Assembly (NCBI RefSeq): GCF_003918875.1
Contig: NW_025767133.1
Span: 124,001-188,000, forward strand
Direction: 5' to 3'
Source: Haliotis rubra
Taxonomy: Eukaryota
Length of the DNA stretch: 64,000 nucleotides
The notes under the pieces are model-generated. The model saw only the letters and a list, made by a program, of their open reading frames with translations, was not told the DNA's origin and ran no database searches. The position numbers and the translations under genes are program-made. The first letter of the stretch is position 1. Each line of letters starts with the position of its first letter. This document shows positions 27,160 through 39,351 of the stretch, one piece after another.

Positions 27160-27321
27160 GAGAGTATAGTTTTATGCCGCGTTCAGCAATATTCCAGCTA
27201 TATCACGCTGGGGGCACCAAAACCAAAAATCCGCTTCGCACATTGTACCCATGTGAGGAAGTGAACCCGGGTCTTCGGCGTGACGAGTGAACGCATTATC
27301 AACTAGGCTACCCCACCTTCC
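27160..27321 (-). mobile_element. SINE family A, diverged
   Basis: Reverse match. Confidence 0.85.
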
Positions 27322-27832
27322 AACCATGTTGAATTACAGACGTAGATAAACATTACTTACGTGTAGTAATTGTATTCGCTCAGTGTTATTGATATTACTT
27401 CACATTTCAGAGGAAGGCAATATTGAATTCATGACGCAGTTCTCCCCATACCGTTACCATTTGGATACATGTGCGTCTTTCTATTAACATCATCGAGTGT
27501 TAACATATCAAATGACATACATTATGAGAAGGTTCGATGGTGTTCTCACAGCAGATTATATTAACTGATATTTGAGGAAAGCGATAATGGAAGCAGGTCG
27601 TAGATGGCAGCGGCTGGTGAAACATTGTTGAAATAGCGGTGGAAATCTGGTGAAATCTAATAGAAGTGTTATGATGCTTTCAAGTCCTCTTGTGTTATAA
27701 GAGGAGAATCGATCCCACGATCAGTGGATATTATCTCGATTAAGGGACGCTATTCTGCATAGAAGATCTAGAAGTCCCCTGCCTGAAATGTGTGTGAAGG
27801 TGGTATTACGCCCTACGCCAGCCCACACGCAC

Positions 27833-28175
27833 TCTCACCTAACAACCAACCACACCCTCACCTAACAACCAACCACAGCTTCACCTAACAACCAACCACA
27901 CCCTCACCTAACAACCAACCACACCTTCACCTAACAACCAACCACACCTTCACCTAACAACCAACCACAGTCTCACCTAACAACCAACCACACCTTCACC
28001 TAACAACCAACCACACCCTCACATAACAACCAACCACACCCTCACCTAACAACCAACCACACCTTCACCTAACAAAAACCACACCCTTGCCTAACAACCA
28101 ACCACACCTTTACCTAACCAACCACACCTTCACCTAACAACCAACCACACCCTCACCTAACAACCAACCACACCA
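27833..28175. repeat. 23-bp minisatellite, ~15 copies, decaying into C/A-rich low-complexity DNA up to ~29115
   Basis: Unit TCACCTAACAACCAACCACACC(C/T); period 23. Confidence 0.95.
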
Positions 28176-28584
28176 TCAACTTACACCCAGCCACACGCAC
28201 ACCGACATCTAACACCCAACCCGACCCACATCTTCTACCGAGCTCCACCCACACCTGCCGTTCAGCCACAGCCCCACCGACAACTAACTCGCTACCTCCG
28301 CGCACCCACCACCGTTCACACCTACCATTCCACCAACACACACATCTAACATCCAACTCCACCGACATCTGACATCCAGCCACACACAACCTACTACCCA
28401 GTCACACCCACACCTACCATTAAACCACACCCACACCGACATCTAACACCAGCCCACACCAACACCTAACCTCCGTCCACACCCACACTCACCTTTCACC
28501 TACACCAACATCTAACACCTAACTGGAATATTGCTGAGTCCGGCGTAAAACTAAACTCACTCACTCTAACACCTAACCCTACTC

Positions 28585-28938
28585 GACCACCTCCGTGGTG
28601 TAGTGGTTAGAGCGTCCGCCCGGAGAGCGGAAGGTAGCGTGTTCGATCCCCGACCGCGTCATACCAAAAGACGTTAAATATGGTACTTGTTGGTCCCTGC
28701 CTGGCGCTCGGCATTAATGGGTACAACAAGGACTGGTCGACTCGGAGTCAGTATAATGTGTCTGGGTGGGGTATTCATGCTTCACTGCGGCATGGTATCT
28801 CAGTGAGCTAGCACTATAAAACCAGCTTAAGTCTGGGCTAGTACCAGCAGCCGCACATACACATACACACGCATGCACGTCGTCATATGAGCGAAATATT
28901 CTCAAGCACGACGTTAAACCAAATTCCACCCACCCACC
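28585..28938 (+). mobile_element. SINE family C (tRNA head, Meta/MESC-like body), with TSD
   Basis: A-box TGGTGTAGTGG, B-box-like GTTCGATCC; body ATACCAAAAGACGTTAAATATGGTACTTGTTGGTCCCTGCCTGGCGCTCGGCATTAA resembles the MetaSINE domain as I recall it; 15-bp TSD CACCTAACCCTACTC at 28570-28584 and 28939-28953. Confidence 0.9.
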
Positions 28939-29226
28939 CACCTAACCCTACTCACGCCTATCACCATGCCACACCTACCCCCAGCCATACCCATAAAGAC
29001 CACCACCCAGTCACATCCACACCCACCACCCAGCCACACTAACCATCCAGCCACACCCTCACCTATATTGTACACCCAACAAATCCACACCCATCCAGCT
29101 ACACACCGCTCCAAATAGGAAACTACTGTTAATTAAACACCACAGAGTAAAACTTTTCATAAGTTATCACCACATGTAATCCTTCACTGACATGACAACA
29201 GATTCCGAAATTTAACCAACTTTAAA

Positions 29227-29389
29227 TATACTGAGGAAAAAAATAAGGTATCACATGAAATCACAAGTGTTCCTTTATTTTGTTCCAGGTTTCTTCACTA
29301 GATGTGCGATACAACGCTTGTGAAGAAACCTAGGAAAAAAAGGAACGCTTGCGCTTTAATGTGATCCCTAATTTTTTTCCCTCAGTATA
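29227..29389. mobile_element. Foldback MITE with TA ends (Tc1/mariner-like)
   Basis: Outer arms TATACTGAGGAAAAAAATAAGGTATCACAT / ATGTGATCCCTAATTTTTTTCCCTCAGTATA; inner arms AGGTTTCTTCAC / GTGAAGAAACCT. Confidence 0.75.
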
Positions 29390-30219
29390 CATCCTGTCAT
29401 CTCATACCAGCATCCACCGTAATTGGCCAAACATTCCAACTTTTAAAGCACCGTCTCACAACACCAGCCTCCCTACACACAGTTATAGTTCCAGGAAAAG
29501 CATGACAAAAAACTGTAAAACTCCCAGCATGACGCTTGCTGTAAAGATGCGTTGGATAATGCATGAATTTCCTGCTATTAAACGCGTGTGTAACACGCAG
29601 CGAAAAGATGCAAACGTTTCTCAACACGTGGCCACATCATTCTTGGCACCAAGAGTAAGTCAGATACCCAGTGGACCTATTCCAGATGGCTGTTGCAGCG
29701 AGACTCTCGTAATCTTAAGTCCCGTCAACGTAAATATAAAAAAGTTCTCTATTTAATACAATATCACTCAAACAGTCGCTTCAGTCCGCAGTAACTTTAT
29801 TTCCTTATTTCAAAGTATGTTACAAATTGCAAAAGACAGACAGGGGTGGGAGCGAGTTTGGGGGAGTGAGGGGGGGCATGGATGATAGATCTTCGGGGCA
29901 ATCACATTTAGAGGACTGGGAGAAGCTGGGGCATCTCGGATACGTTGACAGATTGGCATTTTTCATTCAATCTTTAAAAAGCAAACATAACTTTTTGCAT
30001 GGTGTTAAAGCATGTCTCCTTAAAATGGACATTTCAGACGGCCAGTAATCCTGGTTCTTGTCAGATCCTTTATTTAACAAGCTGTGTATGTTCTTCTACT
30101 AGAGATTGGCTCCCAGCTGTGCCCAGACGCTGTTGTTTTCGATGGGATTTTCTGCATGGAATACTGACTGACTTTTCCTTTTAAAGCACCATCAATGATG
30201 AGTACTTAATCCGAGCTCT

Positions 30220-30384
30220 GAGTCAGTAAGTGAGTTTAGTTTTACGCCTCTATCAGCAAAATTCCAGCAATTTCACGGCGGGGGACACCAGAAATGGCCT
30301 TCACAGATTGTACCAGTGTGGGGAATCGAACCCGGGTCTTCAGCGTGACGAGCGAGCGAACGCTTTAACCACTAGACTACCCCT
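30220..30384 (-). mobile_element. SINE family A
   Basis: Reverse match. Confidence 0.9.
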
Positions 30385-30692
30385 CTTAGTCAGTGAGTGA
30401 GTGACTATGATTTAAATCGGCTTAGAATATATATTCAGCGTGCCAGGCTGATGTGGAAGGAAATCCAGGTGTGCAGGTGGGAGGCTTTTACACCTGTGAT
30501 GGGGCCTGACCATGGTGCTGACATGCCTGGAAACATAAACAGCGCCATCTGGGGTTCGAACCATATGTGTGTGGCACACCAAGTCCGAGCCCGGACCCGA
30601 GTCCGATTCCTCACGATGGTACAAGGTGTGAAGTCTTTTTCCAATGAACCTGGCCGCGATGTTACTGAACTATTGGTTGTTTGTTCTTTATC

Positions 30693-30859
30693 GGGGGCAG
30701 TGGGGTAGCCTAGTGGGTAAAGCGTCAGCTCGTCACGCCGAAGACCCAGGTTCGATTCCCCACATGGGTACAATGTGTGAAGCCCATTTGTGGTGTCCCC
30801 CGCCGTCATATTGCTGGAATATTGCTAAAAGCGGCGTAAAACCAAACTCACTCCCTCAC
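30693..30859 (+). mobile_element. SINE family A
   Basis: Full head-to-tail match. Confidence 0.92.
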
Positions 30860-30924
30860 TTGTTGTTTATCACTGCACTTGACACTATTCCATCTACATT
30901 GCGGCGACCTGTAAAAGTTGGTAC

Positions 30925-31097
30925 TCGAGTCTGGACCAGACAATCCAGTGATCAACATCATGAGCATCGATCTACGGAATTAGGATACGATGGAATGTGT
31001 CAACCCAGTCAGCGAACCTGTCACCCGATCCAGTCAGGCGCTTCTTACGACAAGCATGGGTTGCTGAAGACCAATTCCAACCCGATCTTCACGGGTC
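30925..31097 (-). mobile_element. Family B lacking most of the 3' tail
   Basis: Reverse match ending ...cccgatcttcacgggtc. Confidence 0.85.
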
Positions 31098-32062
31098 AAA
31101 CCTCCATTGACTATGAAGACTCGGGGACACGAGCTGAGAGTTTCATTGCCACGACTGACTAAAACAATCACCAATAACATCACAGCTATGTGAAGATAGC
31201 GAACTCTCAGCAATACGTCGTGAAACTGATTTAATTTCGAGAGACGTACAATAAAACGCCAGCTTGCAATAAAATATTTAATAAAACACTAATATACCTC
31301 TAAGGCAGAAATTGAAAGAGGAAAAGCCGTGAAAAGGCGAATGGTAATTTTGCGTTACCCTGGTTTTAATTACACCATCTTGAAACAGATGTGATAAAAC
31401 CACGACCACCAAAGAGCAAAACTCTCCAGAGAAATAAATATTATTTCCGGCGAATGGGTTTAATATCCGCCTTCTAGGCCCAGCAACAGACTCGACTTGA
31501 AAGACCAGGAAATTGTAGCACATGGGATGAACGAAGGACAAGGACAGTGGTCACTCAACCATCACCTGGTCATTGTTTTCCCACGCGGCAAAATACCACC
31601 GACAAAAACTAATCACTTAATTCCTCGGGAAAAGCTTCCATCTATCAGTCTTGACAATGATCAATTAAATGGATGCACTTTTTATTGTATGCTTTTAGCG
31701 GCGTTCATGTATGTTGTTTCTGGGATCGTCGATAAAATGCAGGACAGAGGTCTGAGTGTCGTTAACACGTGTCTGAAGATTACACTAAAGCTGCAATTGG
31801 TTTGGACATGTATCCTCAATGGTAGATACCACGTGACAAATGTTTTCAGCCAAACACAGGTGACATAGAACAGTCTGGACATGTGGAATTCATTACCATA
31901 TATCCATGCCGTGCGTTAGTTTCGACAATTGTTTAGTCTCTGAACTAAAATAAAAATGACAGGAACTAGAAACTACACAATGGAAAGGAGCCGCCCAAAG
32001 ATAAAAATTCAGAACCTGAGGAAAATCTAGAGTTGGCTTCATTTACAGTAGCATCACGGTAG

Positions 32063-32315
32063 CACCCGGGAAGATCCGGGATAGAACTGATCTTCAGCAA
32101 CCCATGCTTGTCGTGAGAGGCGACTAACGGGATCGGGTATTCAGGCTCGCAGACTCAGTTGACATGTGTCGTCGTATCCCAAATGCGCTGATCGATGCTC
32201 ATGCTGTTGATCACTGGATTGTCTGGTCCAGACACGATTATTTATAGACTCCGCCATATAGCTGGAATATTGCTGAGAGCGTTAAACAACAAACAAACAA
32301 ACAAACAAACAAACA
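32063..32315 (+). mobile_element. Family B with (AAAC)n tail
   Basis: Full-length match. Confidence 0.9.
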
Positions 32316-32812
32316 TCAAACATTACGGTAGGGACTGTGTGGCCGGAATGGTTCGATACTGTAAGACAGGCTGACGATTAGTAGAACACTAATATCTAAA
32401 TCAACATGTCTACAGCGGAGGTAATTCTGTTCGTTAAAGTACTTAATCCTATTCATCAGAATGAATTATGTCCGACTTGGGTGCAAAGGAAGTGATCGCC
32501 ATGCAGACCGTATGGTCACTAGTGTTGGACTTCCGGCGACAATGTGTCGGCAACCTTCACCAGTCTTTTGATCCTGGCTGTAATACCGAAGACGCATCCC
32601 ATTCAAGAAATATGGTTTGTGTAATCAGAGGTGACAGCGCCGGGCAGTCACATCGTCTAATGCAATAAGCTTGATAGTTTTAACTCGTAGAACACCTTAA
32701 ATCCATATTTTGTCTTAGCTCTAATTATTAAAACTGAAGTCCAAATTTTGCCTTTAATCTAGGAACATAAAATAACACGCCCGTTCCTGAAGCTGTTCAC
32801 GCCATACATTAG

Positions 32813-32965
32813 GTGGGTGAGTGAGTATAGTTTTACCCGCTTTGGCTATATTCCACAGCGGAGGATACCAGAAATGGGCTTCACACATTGTACCCATGTG
32901 AAATCGAACCCGGGTCTTCGGCGTGACGACCGAAAACTTTAACCACTAGGCTACCCTACCGTCCC
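32813..32965 (-). mobile_element. SINE family A
   Basis: Reverse match; TACATTA on both sides. Confidence 0.88.
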
Positions 32966-33674
32966 TACATTAAGAGGGCTCTTCGGTTGCTGAAAACCCT
33001 GGAAAACAGCAAAGGAAATCGCGATTATACGGCAATAGCGACGTCCAAGGTTCCTGCTGAGACATAGATGCCACAAAAACCTATCCAGCTACGAATTGGA
33101 CACGGCATAAATATTCTACGATCTTCTCCTGATCAGCACATGGAAGCTATCGAACAATGCCTCTGTACATACGTTCAGATCAGATTCAGGAATTAGGCCC
33201 AAGCCCGAACAGAATGGCATGGCGTGTGTGATTGATGCTGGAACCGCTGCCTGGCATGTGACAGTAATGAATGGGAGCTCGGGTCCGTACGTGGAGATTT
33301 GTTACATGGAATACAGTACGGCTCGTAGACAGGAGTTCAGTAGCCGGTTGGGAAACGTACAATGTCACGTTCTGTTTAAATGGACGTACACCCAGTCGTC
33401 TGGTGCCCATTCCTTGTTAGAATCCGGACGTTGTAATTAGTAGAAGCAAGACGTTTTCATTGTGTAATAAATGTGACCAATATCTGCTAGACTGAAATAC
33501 ATCATGAAATGGTGTCTTCACATTAACCAAGTTGTGAGAATTGCCAAGATACCTGATCCTTGTAGTCTTGAAGATATACGAAGCTATACGTCTCAAGTTA
33601 TTATCGCTTTAATTCTTTGGTTATGGGATTGCAATTTGGACAAGCAAATACTGTCCAAGATCGTTTTGTCGAAG

Positions 33675-33815
33675 GTGAGTTTATTTTTACGCCACATGTA
33701 GCAATATTCCAGCAATATCTTTACTGGTGTCACCAGAAATGGGCTTCACGCATTGTGCCCTTGTGGGGAATCGAACCCGTGTTTTCGGTGAGACGAGTGA
33801 CCTGCCCTACTGCTC
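33675..33815 (-). mobile_element. SINE family A, diverged
   Basis: Reverse match of tail and body. Confidence 0.75.
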
Positions 33816-34300
33816 CGTGTCGAAGTTGAAGGGATCTGTATGACTTCCTCGAGTAATTCGATGTTCGACTCAAACACAATATGATGAGTATAGAGGAATC
33901 AGGGACTCGATTTTCCCTTCGAGAAGAACGTAAGTTCGACAAATCAATGTTTCTAGGATTTAAAGCCGATCTATGTTGATCATGACGCCTATAAGTAAAA
34001 TTTGGTTAGAATCTATCTAAATATGGTGTCACTGTTATTGTCCACCAGCAATCAAGCCCCATAGCGGTTCAACATGGGAGTGTCTGTGACATGGCAATCG
34101 TTATGGAAATTGTAAATACAAGCGACCAATCACAAGGCACGTTTGTGTTGAGTCCAGAATCAAGTCAACGATAACCGTCATGTGATAGTCACGTGAATGA
34201 AACTGCTTCCATCAGTTATTGCTGACAGAGCTGGTTTTATTGGACTTATTGGGGTCGAGAATAGACTAACATTTAATCCCAGGAATCATGTTTTTAAAAT

Positions 34301-34428
34301 AGTGAGTGAGTGAGTGAGTTTAGTTTTACACCAAGTCAGCGAGCCTGACCACCCGATTCCGTTAGTCGCCTCTTTCGACAAGCATGGGTTGCTGAAGATC
34401 AATATTCTAACCCGGAACTTCACGGGTC
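34301..34428 (-). mobile_element. Family B, internally deleted (5' domain joined to tail)
   Basis: (GAGT)n-tagttttac joined directly to ccaagtcagcgagcc...cacgggtc. Confidence 0.85.
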
Positions 34429-34572
34429 GGCAACTGTATAGCTTCAGAACGACGATACTTCTATAAATATGCAACTATGATGGTATTCTACTTCACTTAG
34501 ATCTGCGGCTTTAAGCAAAATTAATTACCACAATTTAGTGATGATAACCTAACTGTCAACAGTTACATTCTG

Positions 34573-35050
34573 TGTGATTGGAGGGTGCTACCGGGAGGGG
34601 GTGTGGTTGGAGGTGCTGCCGGGAGGGGGTGTGGTCGGAGGGTGCTACCGGGAGGGGTGTGTTGGAGGATGCTGCCGGGAGGGGGTGGTTGGAGGGTGCT
34701 GCCGGGAGGGGGTGTGGTTGGAGGTGCTGCCGGGAGGGGGGTGTGGCTGGAGGGTGCTACCGGGAGGGGTGTGGTTGGAGGGGTGCTACCGGGAGGGGGT
34801 GTGGTTGGAGGGTGCTGTCGGGAGGGGGTGTGGTTGGAGGGTGCTGCCGGGAGGGGTGTGGTTGGAGGATGCTACCGGGAGGGTGTGTGGTTGGAGGGTG
34901 CTACCGGGAGGGTGTGTGGCTGGAGGGTGCTACCGGGAGGGGGTGTGATTGTAGGGTGCTACCGGGAGGGGGTGTGGTTGGAGGGTGCTACCGGGAGAGG
35001 GTTTGCTTGGAGGGTGCTCCCGGGAGGGGGTGTGGTGGGAGGGTGCTACA
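34573..35050. repeat. G-rich 28-29-bp minisatellite, ~17 copies
   Basis: Unit GTGTGGTTGGAGGGTGCT(A/G)CCGGGAGGGG. Confidence 0.97.
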
Positions 35051-35804
35051 GGACAATGTCATGCTCACCCACATCGCGAACACCCGGTGTCACGGGTATT
35101 GTCAGCGCTCCATTCAGATCAGTTTCACCCCCAGTTTTCTTTTTAAACGCCCAATGGAACCAATGTGGATGGTTAATCAAGACTGGTTTAATATGGTTTT
35201 GTTTAAATTATTTTTTACACCTGGAAATACCTTAGAAACCAGATCTTCTGAACAATTGTGAAAGTTCTCCAATGACTCACAAGTTTTGAGATATATCATT
35301 CCACTTTAAAAAGCTGAAAATTAATCTGCAAGGGTAGTCAAAGAATAGTTGTCTTTGAAAAAAGATTAATTTGTAGGCTGTTTAAATCACCAGCAATAAA
35401 ACATCTGTTATTGTTAAGTCCTGGCCGAAAATAGTTTTGCTGTCATAGATTTAATGTCATCCTCTTGGTTGCGGTAGTTAATCATCGTCCCTTGATACTT
35501 GATATGGTACAAACCGACGCAGTATGTCAAAAATATGTAGTGAAGTTTGCTTATGGGAATCAGATATTCTATACTATTTTTTATGGTTGATACAACTGAA
35601 CAGAAAATAAACTGGATTTTAGTTTGCTCGTAACAATGCAGCTGAGTAACGTTTTGCACTTTTTACATACATGTGGATAATAATATATTATATTAAAGCT
35701 TGTTTCTTGATGTGTTATTCTGTACATGCACACTTCCAAACACTGGCAAACACACAAAGAAAGAGGGTACGCGTGAGATGTCGAGTTTGTGCATAACTGT
35801 AAGT

Positions 35805-35941
35805 GATTGAGTGAGTTTGGTTTTACGCCGCTTTTAGCAATATTCCAGCAATATCACCAGAAATGGGCTTCACACATTGTACCCATGCTGGGAATCGGCG
35901 TGACGAGCGAACGCTTTAACCACTAGGCTACCCCACCGCCC
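35805..35941 (-). mobile_element. SINE family A with internal deletions
   Basis: Reverse match. Confidence 0.88.
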
Positions 35942-36902
35942 GGCAGTTTGACGTTGGAAGAAAGCCCGAAGTTGTGTACGTAGTAGACGTTCACAACGCT
36001 GGTGTTGACGAACCGAGGAACACAATCAAGGGGAATGTTTTCAAGGCATTCAACAGATCAGACATACTTCTCGATATTAAGTACATTCAACATCTTTAGG
36101 TAAAGATGACTTGTCTGGTCCCTAGCAATTGTTGAGCAGTATTCCTGACAGTATTTGCAGCGCCTAAGACTGGACAACTCATGTACACCACCTTCACAGC
36201 ACTTCAACATTAGAGAAGGCGTTCATTTAAGCTCAGATAATGGAGGCAATCGGATCTGAAACGGACAATTCAAATCCATACAACATTTCTATGAAGCTAA
36301 CCTCTTTGAGTGGCATTTAAAGGTTTGGGAATTACAGTAAGAGCAAATTTTATGGACAACAACTTCTTTTACCAGCTACGAAATATAAGAAGTTATCCAT
36401 AAACTTGACATTATCTCTATGAATATCTGAGGTCAAGTCAGTGGGAGGTCGAGTCAGATGAAATTTCTTATTGGCCGATCAATACTAAATTCTCAAAACG
36501 AGTGAATGAATTATACGGAGAAACATATCTGAATCCTGGATACTGAAAACCGATACAGTTGGGGAGTTCCGAATGCAAAAGTAAAAGCCTTATTTTTTTG
36601 TGGTTGATGTTTTCAGCCTGCTGTCGTTTCTGAGCGCCGTGGTATCTACACTTAAGGGATTGTATTTGAGTTCTGTTATAATGTACCCGTATTGAATGTC
36701 GAAATTTCCAATGACTGAAAGAAGAAAGCGAAATTGTTATGGAAAGTTGATACTTGATTGTATATAATACCCCACATGCTTCAGTTAGATTGGGCGGTCA
36801 ATGCTCATTCAGACATCACAGAACCAGAACTGATAGGGGTGGTGTCTACATACCTTCACGCAAAGGTAGCGTACATATGTAAACAGTTCTATGATGTTAA
36901 TG

Positions 36903-37144
36903 GACCTGCGAAGGTCCGGGTTACAATATTGATCTTCAGTAACCCATGCTTGTCGTAAGAGGCGACTAACGGGATCGGGTGGTCAGGCTCGCTGACTTGG
37001 TTGACACATGTCATCGGTCCCCAACTGCGCAGATCGATGCTCATGCTGTTGATCATTGGATTGTGTGGTCCAGACTCGATTATTTACAGACCGCCGCCAT
37101 ATAGCTGGAATATTGCTGAGTGCGGCGTAAAACTCACTCACTCA
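36903..37144 (+). mobile_element. Family B, full length with TSD
   Basis: TSD CTATGA(T/A)GTTAATG at 36889-36902 and 37145-37158. Confidence 0.95.
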
Positions 37145-37700
37145 CTATGAAGTTAATGAGACTGGAAGGAATATGAGGCCAAATTTCCTCGAAAAGTTCA
37201 TAGAAAAAATCTTCAAAATATTATTCATTTAGATAATTTCGATTCCGCAATGTTTTCAAACTTTGGGATTTGGTATTTTCAATCTACTTTGACACTCAGT
37301 GACGATTAATCTGTAGTCGTTATAGCTGATCCATATTTATTAACTGACTTATCTCATCAAACGTGCTCAGTACACCATAATAAACTACTGTGGGGGTGTC
37401 GGGTTTCACCATTAATCACTTGAAGCATCAACGGGCAATCTAGACTGTGTATCTGATATGTAAATATATGATATCACTGTTTTCCTATTCGACTCGTACT
37501 GCCTGATGTAATGAGAAAGATGATGATGGTAATTTTCCATGAATGAAAAAGGATCGGTGGGAAAGAACACAAGCCTCGACTTCCTTCGTTATGGATTGGG
37601 CTTCCAGCCTTCTTTTTTTACTCACTCACTCACTTTTCTTTTGATACAAGGTTTTTACGATGTTTCAGTGGATGTACACGTTTGGTTTAATGACGCTTAT

Positions 37701-38012
37701 GTTTTCAGAGACTAAGCGTCAGCCTAGAGACACAAGCGCACTAAATGAAGCAAGTCTAGAATTTCCTCAGTTAAGTATCTACACCTCAACGAGCTCCTTT
37801 TAAATATAAATTGCGTTCCTTGTATCGATTACCGTTAAATGTTTTCATAGACTAAGCGTCCGTCTAGTGACACAAGAGCGCTAAATGAAGCAAGTCTAGA
37901 TTTTCCTCAGTTTCAGATCGCTACCCTTAAGGGCTCCTTTTAAATTTAAATTGCGTTCCTTGTATTGATTAGCGTTAAATGTGTTCAGAGACTCTGCGTC
38001 AGTCTAGCGACT
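37701..38012. repeat. 140-bp tandem repeat, ~2.2 copies
   Basis: Units start at 37701, 37841 and 37981. Confidence 0.9.
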
Positions 38013-39351
38013 CCGCAGTCATCTGAGATTTAAAATGGAGCCTTTGGAGCCACAGACCACCGGAAACTTGGATCCACGTCATATCTACAAGGGTACCACG
38101 TGACCGACAGTATTCTGAGGACTAGATAGCTATTAGGCCAGCTACAACGAAAACATCCCAGTCAAATCCTCAAGGACTCCTTTGAAGTTAGGCCTTGGAG
38201 GAAAATCGAAGGGTATCATCTGATCCTGCGATATAGCACTTCAGCGAGATGGTGACGACTGGGTGATTGCTTCTCAAAGTAACCAGCCATGTCTTTTGTC
38301 TGCCTCGGGGGTAACCCGATCTCACCCCGTGTGTAAACAGAAGAGGAATAATTAAATTGAGAGGGTAGTGTTAGATCAAAGTAAACCATGTGAGCTCTAC
38401 TTCAACACGGAGGGGATTTTGTTTTGGTAGAGTCGTCGGACAAATATGTCATTTATGTTTAAAATTGTCTCCAAGGGACAGAGTTCCATAAGTAAATGGA
38501 GCCATTGGAGACGGTTAGTGCCTACCGGGCAGCATGTATCTAGGTTTTGTTGTGGCAAAGAGGTTCTGTGGAGGATTTGAAACACTTGACAGACCTGGAT
38601 CTGACTTCAAATAAACATTCCAAACATATCATGGTTCTCATCGATTACCCTCTAGTCAGCGTAGGTTCTCAAGAATGTCTTTTTAAGTCTGTGCGTACAA
38701 GTAATCTTCAGTTGGTGCAAAGAGGTGCCGGTCCTTGACATTCTGGTAAGGAGGTGGGTTTTAAGAGGAACATATTCTCAAAGGAAATAGCGGAAGAATT
38801 AAAGAAAAATAATGACGAAGTGGACGTGTTTTTTTGTCCTGAAAGATGAATTGCTCAGTCATCCGCATCCCAATCAGTGATGAGTTAGGTTTTAACACCG
38901 CTTTGTAGCAATATTCCAGCAATAACATGACTGGGGACACCAAAAATATGCTTCACACATTGTACCTAAGAAGGGGAATCAAACACTAAAGGAGTGACCA
39001 GCGAACAGAATAAAATAGAATAAAATTATAGAGATTCAGAGACTTTTATCTGATGTCCATAGAAACAGACCGAAAAGATATTGTGTCAAAATAAACAGTA
39101 GGTAACCCATTACTACAAAGCGCGTATGGCTGAAACAATGTTGATGAAACGTTAAATTTGAACTGACACACGTAGTATTACGATCGATACACCGTCACGG
39201 AGACCCGCGAGGAAGACGTTTTCGGCTAAGGTCAACGTCAGTTACACATTGATCTGCCTTATGTTTAGCCCTTTGTCAATATATTTACTTTTTAGTCGGT
39301 AACGTTGGTTACACAAGGGTAACTGATTCGAACCCAATAGTTCAGGGTACG

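Noticed and set aside
30644-31162. 172-aa ORF
   Set aside because: Read-through of adjacent family A and B copies; the same peptides recur wherever these repeats occur.
34574-35261. ORFs of 124-227 aa
   Set aside because: All three frames are open because the G-rich minisatellite lacks stop codons.
36903-37010. Canonical HDV-like ribozyme in the family B head
   Set aside because: P1 (ACCCG/CGGGT), P2 (CAACC/GGTTG) and a P4-like hairpin can be drawn, but the P3/L3 segment would be ~30 nt and J4/2 lacks the C-N-A-A motif, so I do not call it HDV-like.
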